Below are positions 9,365 to 19,383 of a DNA stretch of 64,000 bases, in pieces. The number at the start of each line of letters is the position of its first letter. Within the stretch, counting starts at the first letter, position 1. This DNA is from Gloeobacterales cyanobacterium (lineage in GTDB: Bacteria > Cyanobacteriota > Cyanobacteriia > Gloeobacterales > PMM-0068): the NCBI GenBank assembly GCA_038245785.1, contig JBBRSB010000020.1, positions 1 to 64,000 on the forward strand, in the 5' to 3' direction. The notes under the pieces are model-generated. The model was not told the origin of the DNA and made no database searches. It saw only the letters and a program-made list of their open reading frames with translations. The translations under genes and the position numbers were made by a program.

Positions 9365-10912
9365 TCAGCTCACTCCAATATCTTTCAGCATAGCTAAATG
9401 CTTATCTAGAGGAGCTAAGGTATTGGCTGCAATCATTCCACTGGCCGCCACTGCCGGGATGCCGATACCGGGAAACGTTGAATCTCCACAGCATAGAAGT
9501 CCGGGGATAGGTGTACCAGGGCCGGGGAAAAGACCTTCTCCTGCTTGAATCGCTGGACCATAGCAACCTCGGTGGCGTCGTAAGAAACGCTCATGGGTTA
9601 GCGGAGTCCCGACCAGCGTTACTTCACAGCGGGAGCGGATATCTGGAATCACACGCTCCAAAGCTTGCCACATCACTTCTGCCCGCGCTTGCTTTTGCTG
9701 CCCATAGGACTCACTGCGTCGGTCCATCCCTTTCCAAAGTGCATAGGGTTCGTTCCCTGGCGTATAGACATGAATTCCATGTTTTCCGTCTGGAGCCAAA
9801 GAGGAGTCTAGGACCGAAGGAATAGAGACCACCACTACGTTTTGAGGAGCCGTGACACCCAAGTTCCAGTCATTGACCACAATGTAGTGGCAGGCAAGAT
9901 CTGAGCGGATACCTGTTGCATCAATTCCCAGATGCAGATGCATGAAACTATCACATTCAGGTGTTTGCTCCCGTTGGACCCGAAACTGTTTGGGCACCGT
10001 TTCTTCTGGCAGGAGCTTGAGCGTATCCCAAACGGAGGCATTGGACACGACAGCTTTGCGCGCCTTTAGAATCTTGCCATCACGCAAGCGTACGCCGACC
10101 GCACGATTCCCTTCGACCAACACCTGTTCCACATGGGCACCGAGCATCAGCCGACCCCCATGCCGTTCAAGTCCCCGGACGAGGGTATTCACCAGAGCTC
10201 CACTGCCTCCCACGGGATAGTCCAGCACCACACCGGGTCGATACCACTCGGCAAACATAAAGGCCATTTCTGCGGCAATCGTGCCCTTGGCCGGTAAGCC
10301 AGAAAGCAGAAAACATAATAGGTCAAGCCAGTTGCGGATAAACGGGTCTTGGACCACGCTACCCATAATTCGGCTAAAAGGGCCTGTCAGCTTGGTCATG
10401 CTGGCTGCATGTTGAAGCAAAGAAGGGGCAAAGCGGCCCACGGACAAAGGCGCACCCCAATCAAAACGCAACGCTGAAGGAGGCAGGGCTGTCGCTGCTT
10501 TCGATAAAGGTTCCATCACCCGTTGTAGGGCGCGCCATTCCGCAACGGCTTTCTGGCCCCGAAACTTGCTCAGCACCTCACAAAACTGGTCTGCCCCAAC
10601 GGTGGTATCAAAATCACCTTCCGGTAAACAGCAACCCCAGGTGTCGTAGTTCACACAGGGCAGTTCTTCTCCAATAGCATCAAGGACCTGTCGTAAGGGA
10701 TTAGAAGAAGGACGGTAGGACAGACCAGAGTGCAAGGACGGTCCCGAATCAAACAGGAAGCCATTCCGTTCAAAGGAGTGCGCTGCTCCACCCGGAATCG
10801 TATGACTTTCACAGACGATGACCTCAAAGCCATAGCGTGCGAGCAATGCTGCACAACTCAAACCGCCAATCCCACTGCCAATCACGACTACATCTACTGT
10901 TTCTTGACTCAC
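9365..10912 (-). CDS. Phytoene desaturase/carotenoid isomerase (CrtH/CrtISO-like) FAD oxidoreductase
   Basis: VVIGSGIGGL Rossmann motif, FDSGPS, GTPLTHERFL, CGDSTFPGIG. Confidence 0.85.
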   Translation of the reverse strand: MSQETVDVVVIGSGIGGLSCAALLARYGFEVIVCESHTIPGGAAHSFERNGFLFDSGPSLHSGLSYRPSSNPLRQVLDAIGEELPCVNYDTWGCCLPEGDFDTTVGADQFCEVLSKFRGQKAVAEWRALQRVMEPLSKAATALPPSALRFDWGAPLSVGRFAPSLLQHAASMTKLTGPFSRIMGSVVQDPFIRNWLDLLCFLLSGLPAKGTIAAEMAFMFAEWYRPGVVLDYPVGGSGALVNTLVRGLERHGGRLMLGAHVEQVLVEGNRAVGVRLRDGKILKARKAVVSNASVWDTLKLLPEETVPKQFRVQREQTPECDSFMHLHLGIDATGIRSDLACHYIVVNDWNLGVTAPQNVVVVSIPSVLDSSLAPDGKHGIHVYTPGNEPYALWKGMDRRSESYGQQKQARAEVMWQALERVIPDIRSRCEVTLVGTPLTHERFLRRHRGCYGPAIQAGEGLFPGPGTPIPGLLCCGDSTFPGIGIPAVAASGMIAANTLAPLDKHLAMLKDIGVS

Positions 10913-10981
10913 TCCGGTCCTTTCGCATGGGCTTGTACTCTAACTGTAAAGGTTCCAAGCTTTGTCGCTCTGGTGGCTAGA

Positions 10982-13030
10982 TTATCTGATCTCTTGATGC
11001 CAAAGGATTTCAGCGATACGGGTCATGCCTGTCTTCAGGTGACGGCGAAAACTACTAAAAGGGATATCCAAGATTTCGGCGGCTTGTTCTTGGGTAGAGG
11101 TGGGATGGAGATAGGTATGATACACCGCTCGATAGCCTTTTGCCTCACGGGGAGAGCTTTGTAAGGATTCTGCAGCTTCTCGCACTAAGTCTTGCAGCGC
11201 TACAATGCGTTCTGTTTTGTTAGCCTGAGCACCTACCCGCTCCACGACTAAACGGGATTGCAACAGCGGATGGTTATGTAGGGCATCGGGACGGGTGAAA
11301 TAGCGTAGGACCTCATGAACAGCTTCTACAAAATCTGTTTGGCTGAGCACTAACAGAGGAGTGCTTACCGTGCTTGGTGCTATGGTCTGGGCCGATGCGG
11401 CAATTTCCCGCTGAGCAAGCAGAGCCTGCCACTCTTTAGGCGGAACCACCCGCCAATCATGACCATAAACTCCGTAGGGACGCCCTCCTACCTCAAAATC
11501 AGCTTCTGCTAAGCGTGCCAGATCTGCATAGGCAAACATCGCGGCCCAAAAGTCAGGATTAGCGCAGGCAAAAAACGTATAGGCAACAGGAGTCAGTCGG
11601 TGATGCTGGACAAAATTGATAAAAATTAGACTCTGGATAGGGGAAACTTCTTGATAGGTATCGGCGGCCATCCAGAAGCGGAAGAGCGTGGCGCCTTCGC
11701 CTGTGCGTAACGGGGCATGGTTTTGCAAGTAGTCCCAGGCTGCTTTGGTAGCCGAGTCTAAGTCGCGGTCTTCAGGAGTAGTTTGATGAAGGGCTATCTT
11801 TAAAACAAATCCAGCAGGTTCTTGCTGAGCATTATGGAAGACGAGGATTCCTTCTGGTTGCCGTTGAAGCCAATAGGTCACTAGCTGAGCAGAAGCTTCT
11901 CCTTCATGCTCCGTCACCATGTTTACTAAAGCGGCTTGGTCCTCAGGTTTCATGAGGTCGGTGGTCAGGCTGCTATGTTCCTGCCAGGTGAAACGAGGCC
12001 GGACCGCTGGATTATCCCGATGGAGAAAGATGTAATCAAACAGTACGGCATGCTGTTCCTGCCCCTGGGTCTGCTGTAGGCGGGTGGTGTAATAAGTACG
12101 AGCCCGCTGGTGCAGTTCGCCATAGCGGTCAGGATTACGCCAGCGCAAATCGGCAATCAAAACTTCACGCGCTAAGTCGTGGGGGAAAATCCCCCGCGTT
12201 CCATACTCAATGAAAGATAATCCTCTGAGCCACTCAAATAGTTCATGGACATCAGGCAAGTCCAGCATTCCCGCCAGCAGGGTTTCGGTAGTCAGGCGGA
12301 TCAAGGCACAGGCTTCCAGGGCCATCCGATGGGTCGGGCTCGGAACTTCTTGAATCAAGCGCTCCATCAGCACTTTCACCACATCAGATACTGCTTCGGG
12401 CTGGAACTCTATCTCTTGATTCTTTTGGGCGAAGACATCCACAACCAAGGAAAGAGCCAAGGGATAGCTGTGGGTGAAATCCAGCACGGCTTGATGCTGG
12501 GTCTGGGGAATTGCTCGCTGGGTTAAATAGGCTCGACTTTCTTCTGCGTTGAGATTGCGGAGGGGTAAAACCCGCACTAAGTCCTGCCAACCAGGGTCAG
12601 TTCTCCAGGCGGTAGCAGGAGAATGACGACCCGCTAGAATGACCAGCGTTTGGTCCGGGAGTTGAGGTAGAAATTCATCCCGCAACCAATCATCCAGAGG
12701 AGCCATCAATTCATAGGTATCCAGGAGCAGCACTTGCTTGCCCTTGGATTGTGATACCTGTACTTCTTGCCAGGCACGTCCAAAAGATTCTGCAGTCGGT
12801 TCTATATTCCGGGCATCTAGATAGAGGGCTGGAATTCCAGCTTGCTCACCAAGTTGCATAAATTCCTGCAGCAGGCTCGTTTTTCCCACCCCTCCAGGCC
12901 CAAAGACATACAAAACGTAAAAGGGAAGTTCATCCGCCTTTAAAGCCGCTTGCACAAGGGCACACTCGTCAGTCCGTCCGACAAAACGACGACGACGGGC
13001 TGTATTCAATCGCTCTGCAAGTGGAGACAT
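10982..13030 (-). CDS. AAA/STAND-like ATP-binding regulator with C-terminal HTH
   Basis: FVGR, GPGGVGKTSL Walker A, LLLDTYE Walker B, C-terminal TQEQAAEILDIPFSSFRRHL; ATG at 13030. Confidence 0.75.
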   Translation of the reverse strand: MSPLAERLNTARRRRFVGRTDECALVQAALKADELPFYVLYVFGPGGVGKTSLLQEFMQLGEQAGIPALYLDARNIEPTAESFGRAWQEVQVSQSKGKQVLLLDTYELMAPLDDWLRDEFLPQLPDQTLVILAGRHSPATAWRTDPGWQDLVRVLPLRNLNAEESRAYLTQRAIPQTQHQAVLDFTHSYPLALSLVVDVFAQKNQEIEFQPEAVSDVVKVLMERLIQEVPSPTHRMALEACALIRLTTETLLAGMLDLPDVHELFEWLRGLSFIEYGTRGIFPHDLAREVLIADLRWRNPDRYGELHQRARTYYTTRLQQTQGQEQHAVLFDYIFLHRDNPAVRPRFTWQEHSSLTTDLMKPEDQAALVNMVTEHEGEASAQLVTYWLQRQPEGILVFHNAQQEPAGFVLKIALHQTTPEDRDLDSATKAAWDYLQNHAPLRTGEGATLFRFWMAADTYQEVSPIQSLIFINFVQHHRLTPVAYTFFACANPDFWAAMFAYADLARLAEADFEVGGRPYGVYGHDWRVVPPKEWQALLAQREIAASAQTIAPSTVSTPLLVLSQTDFVEAVHEVLRYFTRPDALHNHPLLQSRLVVERVGAQANKTERIVALQDLVREAAESLQSSPREAKGYRAVYHTYLHPTSTQEQAAEILDIPFSSFRRHLKTGMTRIAEILWHQEIR

Positions 13031-13139
13031 CGGGCTTCCGTAACGCTGCAAGAGTGCCTAACCTTCTCTAAGCTAATATAATCGCGAAAGTACTGTCCAA
13101 AGCCTTAGCTATAGTTCATGAGGTAGGTTAATGAATTAT

Positions 13140-13418
13140 TCAACCCAACTTATCATCCAAAGCTTGCTTGAATCCCAAAACAACGAAGATATTAGAAATA
13201 GTCAATAAAGATTCCGCCGGGCCATGAAGCCAGTCCACATTAGACAGCGTATCTTTGAGGACTAACTTGCAATAAATACCAATCGGAATCGTAACAGCTA
13301 CGAAAACCAATAAAAAATAGAAACCAAACATAGCCAGCTTTGGAGCTTTTCCTGACTTTTGGAGAAAGTAGAGAAAAGCTAAATAAGGAAATAGACTTAA
13401 CGCAAAAAGAGCTTCCAT
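13140..13418 (-). CDS. DUF3593 membrane protein
   Basis: LFALSLFPYLAFL, NVDWLHG.AES; TAATG overlap with upstream ycf49. Confidence 0.8.
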   Translation of the reverse strand: MEALFALSLFPYLAFLYFLQKSGKAPKLAMFGFYFLLVFVAVTIPIGIYCKLVLKDTLSNVDWLHGPAESLLTISNIFVVLGFKQALDDKLG

Positions 13419-13720
13419 TATTGCTTCTGTGTCCGATTCCGGTATAAACCGTAGGCAGCCATCATCAGGGTGACATTTCCAAGCAGGGTCATCGCTCCCT
13501 GGAAATGTCCCATCCAAGACAGAGCCAAATCATTATCAAAATAGTGCCAGACTACTACGGCAGTCCCCCCCATCAAAGCCGGAATCATGGCAAAAGCAAA
13601 TCCTTTCCAGGCGGGTTCATTCGTTACGGTCGCATAGCGCCAGACCAAAACCATAGCCACCATCCACTCCAATAGACTGGAAATATGAATAATCCAGGTG
13701 CCAAAAGAAAGGGCATTCAT
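13418..13720 (-). CDS. ycf49: Ycf49/DUF2499 membrane protein
   Basis: MNALSFGTWIIHISSLLEW, WHYFDN. Confidence 0.85.
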   Translation of the reverse strand: MNALSFGTWIIHISSLLEWMVAMVLVWRYATVTNEPAWKGFAFAMIPALMGGTAVVVWHYFDNDLALSWMGHFQGAMTLLGNVTLMMAAYGLYRNRTQKQ

Positions 13721-14325
13721 GCAGCGGCTCTCTTGAGAATAAATAAACTTCCCTGATTGCCTAAGCCTATCCTCAAGGTTTCATCCAGATAGATAATGTC
13801 TAGCCAGCCACTTTGTCCTTGAGTAGAAAAACTCAGTGCAGGAGGTGTATGAGCCTGCTGGCTGAATTGAGCCAACCAATCAGGAATATTCTTCCCCGAT
13901 AAGAGGCCAGGGGTCGTGATAAATGCTCTTTCAAAGATAACTTTAAGTCGTTTGGGACTTATGACTTCAAAACGGGCTTTGATCGCGGCTACCGCTTGAA
14001 AAAGACCAGGGATTTCTAGTTCGATCAAGTTCAGAACTAATCCTTGATGCACGTCAATACGCTGCCAAACCTGTCTCTGTTTGACTCCAGGCAATCGGTC
14101 TAGAGGAGAAAAACTGTCTCGGTTGGTATACAGCAGCTTCCAGTTTGCAGTGAGCAGATCTGCCCGTTCTGACTCTGTGCGCGGTGGGTCTAACTTAGCT
14201 AGATGGTCTACCAGAATCCGGATGCGGGGATGCGCGGTAGCAGCATCAAGTTGCCCTTCGCGATAGGCCAGTATGGCCTCTAAGAGCGCTAGTTTTTCGG
14301 TGAGTCTTTCTGGAGGACTAGTCAT
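13717..14325 (-). CDS. PAP/fibrillin family protein
   Basis: WKLLYT, GWLDIIYLDETLRIGLGNQGSLFIL; likely ATG at 14325. Confidence 0.85.
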   Translation of the reverse strand: MTSPPERLTEKLALLEAILAYREGQLDAATAHPRIRILVDHLAKLDPPRTESERADLLTANWKLLYTNRDSFSPLDRLPGVKQRQVWQRIDVHQGLVLNLIELEIPGLFQAVAAIKARFEVISPKRLKVIFERAFITTPGLLSGKNIPDWLAQFSQQAHTPPALSFSTQGQSGWLDIIYLDETLRIGLGNQGSLFILKRAAA

Positions 14326-14464
14326 ACTTATTTTTAACCAAGTTCTCAGTGTAATGGCTACACCAAATTTTATTAGGAAGCTCAGGTAACAGAGAACATC
14401 CTCAAAGCTACCACCGTTTGTAGGAATTGCCACTGGGCACCATCATCCGGGGATGTGTATGTCC

Positions 14465-15160
14465 TTAGTGCTTTACTAGACCCGTAATCGTGGCATACAT
14501 CCCCCAGAGGCCGACATAGGAGTCCTGGATGTTAAATAGGTGGGGAAGCCAGCTATAGACTGTAGAAGAATCCCCTCCAGTCGCAATCACTTTCCCTTCT
14601 GGTTGCCTCTGTCGCCAGGCCAAGCAAAATTGTTCAATACCCGCTAGCGTCACCTGAATAACGCCGCTCTGCATCGCTTGCTCCGTAGTGAGAGCCATCG
14701 CAGGAGGTAAAACTTCAGGCAAACTGACTTGAGGAAGCAGAGCCGTATGTTCCTGAAGAGATTGAAACTGCAAATTGAAACCTGGCATAATACAGCCACC
14801 GATAAATCGGCCAGAGTGGTTGGTGGCACTAATGGTGATCGCCGTTCCAAAATCGACAACCAGGGTCGGATAACCATAGCGATAGCTAGCGCCTAGAATA
14901 TTGAGTGCCCGGTCTACCCCTAGCCCCAGGTAGCCCCCTGTAATCGGCACATCCTCTAGGTTTAATATCTGCACTTTAGCCACAGACTGCCAGGGCTCTA
15001 AGGCTTCGGGAACCACAGAGGCAACTACGATAGCAGTGGCTTTCTCTAAAACCTCTTCGTCCCAATAATCATGGGGATAATCCGCAGTAAGAAGCAATTC
15101 ATTGCCATGAAACCAGCCCCAATGCTGCCGAGAGTTGCCAATATTAACGAGAAGCCACAT
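14465..15160 (-). CDS. coaX: Type III pantothenate kinase
   Basis: IGNS, LGVDR, VVDFGTAIT, GGCIMPG, ATGGD. Confidence 0.92.
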   Translation of the reverse strand: MWLLVNIGNSRQHWGWFHGNELLLTADYPHDYWDEEVLEKATAIVVASVVPEALEPWQSVAKVQILNLEDVPITGGYLGLGVDRALNILGASYRYGYPTLVVDFGTAITISATNHSGRFIGGCIMPGFNLQFQSLQEHTALLPQVSLPEVLPPAMALTTEQAMQSGVIQVTLAGIEQFCLAWRQRQPEGKVIATGGDSSTVYSWLPHLFNIQDSYVGLWGMYATITGLVKH

Positions 15161-15207
15161 AAAGAAGAACTAAGAATTAAATATATGAGAACTATAGTAT
15201 GGGTTTT

Positions 15208-15735
15208 TTATTTCTTATGCATAAACTTGCGCAACAGAATTTCACGAGTTTCTTGATCCAGGTGATCAATGAGTTTGTGTCCTACTTTTTTAGAAGCTTT
15301 ATGTTGTTGAATTTTTTGTTCTTGCTTAGACTGTCTTACCTCGGCCAAAAGGCGGTCAGCGGTATAGAGTCTAGCGCCCTGACCATAGACTATGTGCTGC
15401 TGCGTGCGGTCTGAGGTAGCAACATAAACGGAGGGGTGTCCTTCTCGCAAAAGCTGGTAACTTCGAGACTCAATGTAGGTATCCGCCGTTTGGAGATAAT
15501 CCGTGTAAAGTATATCCAAACGGGTGCTTATTTGTTCCTGCGTCGATGGATTCGCTTGATACTGGGCATCAAAAACAATCGTCGTATACCAATCTCGAAA
15601 ACTAGAAAAATCTACGAGGGTTTCAATAAGTTTTCTTCGGGCACGGTCTAAATCGCCTTTATTTTTGAGATGGACTAACTTAGGCCAAGCTCCAATGATG
15701 TTGTATCCATCTACCAGTAAGAAAACGTTGGGCAT
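15208..15735 (-). CDS. NYN-domain RNase (YacP/Rae1-like)
   Basis: LLVDGYNIIGAW, VFDA, TADTYIE, VATSD. Confidence 0.9.
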   Translation of the reverse strand: MPNVFLLVDGYNIIGAWPKLVHLKNKGDLDRARRKLIETLVDFSSFRDWYTTIVFDAQYQANPSTQEQISTRLDILYTDYLQTADTYIESRSYQLLREGHPSVYVATSDRTQQHIVYGQGARLYTADRLLAEVRQSKQEQKIQQHKASKKVGHKLIDHLDQETREILLRKFMHKK

Positions 15736-15815
15736 AGAAAAAGTTTGAGATGTCTTTACATATTGTCATGTATTTTGGTGTTCAGCCCTACCGATGTGTG
15801 TCAAGGAAAATCATC

Positions 15816-16010
15816 ATGCGGATGCAAACCTTAGGAAATCTACTCTCTATTGTGAGTATCGTCCTGCTTGCAGGAGCCATTTTTACAGGAACAGCGATCA
15901 AATCTGGAAGCGTTTCTAGTCAAGCGCATGCACTTTACTCCGGAACGATATCGATTATTGCGATCGCTGCTTTGGCCATTAATTTGTGGCAAATCCAAAA
16001 TAAAGACTAA
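15816..16010 (+). CDS. Small two-TM hypothetical protein
   Basis: Two hydrophobic segments; AAGGA upstream of ATG 15816. Confidence 0.5.
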   Translation: MRMQTLGNLLSIVSIVLLAGAIFTGTAIKSGSVSSQAHALYSGTISIIAIAALAINLWQIQNKD

Positions 16011-16060
16011 GTATTTATGCGCAGAACGTCTTTTCTCGGTAGACTTGGCTAAGATAGCAA

Positions 16061-16423
16061 ATGACAATTGCGAGAAGACCAGTGTTCTACCGACTGTCCG
16101 ACCAATATCGCCAATTTGTGCGAGAACTCATCGTTAACCTTCAAGCTTTGGCTATGGTCCTTGAGCGTAGAGGCTATATTGCCTCTTGCTATACCTGTGG
16201 GGATGATCTGGAGCGTGCAACTTTTATAGTCAATATCGGTCCTCAGCACCTAATCCGACTTTTAGTTTCAGACTATGGCATTAGCTGGACGGAAATACGG
16301 GATGACCGTGAGTTGATGAAGATGGAAGGGGCAGAAGCTATTGTTCAACTCCAGGAACTGATAGACCGCCTGGACAATCATGAAAGTACACGTCCCGTTC
16401 CGCTGGTTGGCCTGGAAGCGTAA
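16061..16423 (+). CDS. DUF1815 family cyanobacterial protein
   Basis: LQALA..LERRGYIASCYTCG, LVSDYGISWTE. Confidence 0.8.
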   Translation: MTIARRPVFYRLSDQYRQFVRELIVNLQALAMVLERRGYIASCYTCGDDLERATFIVNIGPQHLIRLLVSDYGISWTEIRDDRELMKMEGAEAIVQLQELIDRLDNHESTRPVPLVGLEA

Positions 16424-16462
16424 TCATGGGGCCATCAGCCCGTACCTTAATCCGATATCTAC

Positions 16463-17056
16463 ATGACACTTACGCCCGAATACTGGGAAAACCGCTATCA
16501 ACAAAACAATGAGCCTTGGGATATAGGAGAACCTGCACCTCCTCTTGTTTCTTTCTTTGAGTCCGAGGAGGCTCCTCAGAGCGGAATTATGGCGGTCCCT
16601 GGTTGCGGCAAAGGCCATGAAGCGCTCTTCTGTGCCCAAAAAGGCTTTACCGTCTATGGTTTTGATTTTGCGCCTTCTGCGATTACGACGGCTACAGGGC
16701 GGGCTTTGGGTGAAGGGGTAAAAGCTACTTTTCTAGAACGGGATGTTTTCACGTTAGGCCAAGAATTTCCCGAACATTTTGATCACGTTTTGGAACACAC
16801 TTGTTTTTGTGCGATTAATCCTGAACAAAGGGCTGAATATGTTCAGGTCATTCATCAAATATTGAAACCAAAGGGTTCTTTGATTGCTCTCTTTTTCACC
16901 CACTCCAGACCCGATGGTCCTCCCTATGGTACGAATCTAGATGAATTGGAATACTTCTTTGACCCCTATTTCAGCGTTCAGTTTCTAGAAAAGCCGAAGA
17001 ATTCTGCGGCAGGGCGCGAAGATGATGAGCTTTTAGCCCATTTGATCAAGATTTGA
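16463..17056 (+). CDS. TPMT/thiol methyltransferase family SAM-dependent methyltransferase
   Basis: YWENRY...PWDIG, VPGCGKGHE, EHTCFCAI, GPPYG. Confidence 0.88.
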   Translation: MTLTPEYWENRYQQNNEPWDIGEPAPPLVSFFESEEAPQSGIMAVPGCGKGHEALFCAQKGFTVYGFDFAPSAITTATGRALGEGVKATFLERDVFTLGQEFPEHFDHVLEHTCFCAINPEQRAEYVQVIHQILKPKGSLIALFFTHSRPDGPPYGTNLDELEYFFDPYFSVQFLEKPKNSAAGREDDELLAHLIKI

Positions 17057-17063
17057 GGAAGTG

Positions 17064-17242
17064 GCGATGGGGTTCACGAATCGCCCAAATGCTTATTCTT
17101 GCGTTGACCCCGTCGATACCTATTCAGGCAAGGCTTTCAGCCATTTTTTTACGACAAAATTCTCAACTTCCGAGAGAAAATTCAGACCCCGTCGCAAACC
17201 GCCTCTGGACACCCTACCTGGCAAGGGTTTTAATGGAGACTA
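17064..17242 (+). promoter_or_regulatory. CRISPR leader 1
   Basis: Directly 5' of first repeat; close copy at 31528-31705; internal GACCCCGTCG direct repeats. Confidence 0.85.
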
Positions 17243-18179
17243 ATTGCTTCCCTTCGGGGAAGTTGAACTAATGGAAACAATAAAGTGTAGCCTTTTGCGA
17301 CTTGACGCACTGAAATTGCTTCCCTTCGGGGAAGTTGAACTAATGGAAACATCTACTAAACACAAGTTTTACTGTTCGTTCAAAGACAATTGCTTCCCTT
17401 CGGGGAAGTTGAACTAATGGAAACATCTTTGAGTAACATACTAGCGTTAACTCGCTAGACCCATTGCTTCCCTTCGGGGAAGTTGAACTAATGGAAACGC
17501 TAGCTTAAGTCTAGACTCAAACGATGGCGATAAAACAATAATTGCTTCCCTTCGGGGAAGTTGAACTAATGGAAACTTTATGTGGTTCTGGTACCCCCTA
17601 CCATACCTGTCAGATTGCTTCCCTTCGGGGAAGTTGAACTAATGGAAACAGGCTTGCCAAACCTTACTGGATCACAAAAACTAAACACTTGCTTCCCTTC
17701 GGGGAAGTTGAACTAATGGAAACGGAGTAACTGTAGTGCTGTTTGGACATATCTCAGATTGCTTCCCTTCGGGGAAGTTGAACTAATGGAAACGTGACTT
17801 CACGTATGATATCCTCCTTAAGTTTCCAGATGTTGATTGCTTCCCTTCGGGGAAGTTGAACTAATGGAAACAGGTAAGCTTCGGCTTCATTCCACTCAGG
17901 AGAACCGAATTGCTTCCCTTCGGGGAAGTTGAACTAATGGAAACACTGAGCCTTGGGCAGGCCCAACGCACTGAAGCTCATAGCACGCACACGAACGATT
18001 GCTTCCCTTCGGGGAAGTTGAACTAATGGAAACAAAACCCATGCTTGATTAACTTCTAGGAACTTTAAAATTGCTTCCCTTCGGGGAAGTTGAACTAATG
18101 GAAACCTGTCCTTTCCAATCGCTTGTACTAGATCATTGGGGTGGTTACTTCTCTTTGGGGAAGTCGAATTACTCAAAAC
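17243..18179 (+). CRISPR. CRISPR array 1: 12 near-perfect 36-nt repeats plus degenerate terminal repeat (18144-18179), 12 spacers of 34-53 nt
   Basis: Repeat ATTGCTTCCCTTCGGGGAAGTTGAACTAATGGAAAC with CTTCCC-TTCG-GGGAAG hairpin; orientation from leader, GAAAC 3' end and decayed trailer. Confidence 0.98.
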
Positions 18180-18200
18180 GCCCCCCCGGCCCCTCAACTT
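18179..18200 (-). repeat. GC-rich REP-like element fragment at array 1 trailer
   Basis: Reverse complement AAGTTGAGGGGCCGGGGGGGCG resembles AAGTTGGGGGGCTAGGGGGCG at 34663-34683. Confidence 0.5.
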
Positions 18201-18229
18201 ACCCTTCGGGAAGCAAGCTAAGGGTGGAG

Positions 18230-18307
18230 AAGCAACCTTAGGTTGCTTGCCTCCGTGGAGGTTGAGAAAATATAGGAGCCCTATTTCTTACGAATAGAGC
18301 TCCTATA
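18230..18307. promoter_or_regulatory. Cluster of palindromes upstream of WYL gene (terminator and/or operator)
   Basis: AAGCAACC-TTA-GGTTGCTT, CCTCC-GT-GGAGG, TATAGGAGCcCTATT-N7-AATAGaGCTCCTATA. Confidence 0.55.
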
Positions 18308-18351
18308 TAATTTTTGAAATATAGTAGATGTTTATTTTCTAAGAAGAGATT

Positions 18352-19383
18352 ATGCTACCTTCTCCAGAAGAGCCGCGTTTCAAGCAGCGCTTTCAAAGAT
18401 TGCAGAAAATTTTAGAGATACTTTCAGTCTCTGCACAAGGAATGACGGCAAAAGAGTTGTTGAAATCTCTTGAAAAACTGGGTTATCCCTATGAAGTTAA
18501 GGAGCGGAGGTTATATGAAGACCTTCGGTTTCTGATTGAGGAGGTAGATAGTCCGCTGCTCAAGAAAAAAGATGGGTACTATCAAAGAATTCTCTCTCAA
18601 GACTATTTATTGCTGAGTGAAAAGGAAGCTTTATTCTGTTTAAGCTTGGTTTCTAGCATAGGGAATGCTTTGCTTCATAAATCTACTCGCAAGTATAGAG
18701 ATGCGCTCCTGGCAAAAATGGCACAAACTCATCCCAATCTTGTGGAAAAAATAGAGCATCCTATACGCCAACTTATTGTTCCCATCGTTCGTAATGTGCA
18801 AGATGATGATGACCTGGATGATGGCATTTCTTCTCAATTGATCACCGCTATCGAGCAGAAAAAGCAGGTAAATCTGACCTTTAAACAAGCTCAACTGGGT
18901 AGAGTTCTTGGCTGCTATCCACTTCGGCTTATTTTTTATATCCGTTCCTGGTATCTGGTCGGCTATTGCAACCCACCGTCAGGACTAAGCAAAAAGATGA
19001 ATCGACAGCTATGCACTTTTCGCTTGGATAATATCAGTCAGGCTGAAGTGTTATTAGCGGAATTTACTTTAACTTCCAAAATGGATGTGGATGCAGCGCT
19101 AGATCTCGCTTGGGGACTAAATTTTTATGACCCTATTAGCCCTGTAACTTTACGCTTTAGCCAAGAGCTTGCACCGCATATTGAAGGTAATAAGCGACAT
19201 CCCAGTGCCGTCTTAGAAAAGCAATCTGATGGTTCTCTTCTATACAAAGCCCAATACTATCAAGGCTCTCTAGATTTTCTACAGTGGATTAGGCAGTACG
19301 GCGCAGGAGTAGAAGTCAGAGAGCCGGAGGAACTACGCCAGGAACTTATTCAGGATCTGAAGCAGGCATTGGCGCTTTACTAG
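18352..19383 (+). CDS. WYL-domain transcriptional regulator (HTH-WYL-WCX)
   Basis: N-terminal wHTH (RRLYEDLRFL), YPLRLIFYIRSWYLVGY, TFRLDNI, WIRQYGAGVEVREPEELR. Confidence 0.92.
   Translation: MLPSPEEPRFKQRFQRLQKILEILSVSAQGMTAKELLKSLEKLGYPYEVKERRLYEDLRFLIEEVDSPLLKKKDGYYQRILSQDYLLLSEKEALFCLSLVSSIGNALLHKSTRKYRDALLAKMAQTHPNLVEKIEHPIRQLIVPIVRNVQDDDDLDDGISSQLITAIEQKKQVNLTFKQAQLGRVLGCYPLRLIFYIRSWYLVGYCNPPSGLSKKMNRQLCTFRLDNISQAEVLLAEFTLTSKMDVDAALDLAWGLNFYDPISPVTLRFSQELAPHIEGNKRHPSAVLEKQSDGSLLYKAQYYQGSLDFLQWIRQYGAGVEVREPEELRQELIQDLKQALALY

Noticed and set aside
16463..17056. SAM methyltransferase beside array 1 (and mtnN elsewhere) as a hint of SAM-AMP type III signalling
   Set aside because: No CorA, NrN or SAM-lyase genes; the locus has a CARF-HEPN effector consistent with cOA
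18194..18216. Apparent anti-repeat (TCAACTTACCCTTCGGGAAGCAA) suggesting a tracrRNA-like element
   Set aside because: TCAACTT belongs to the REP-like fragment, the rest matches largely because the repeat is self-complementary, and type III systems use no tracrRNA
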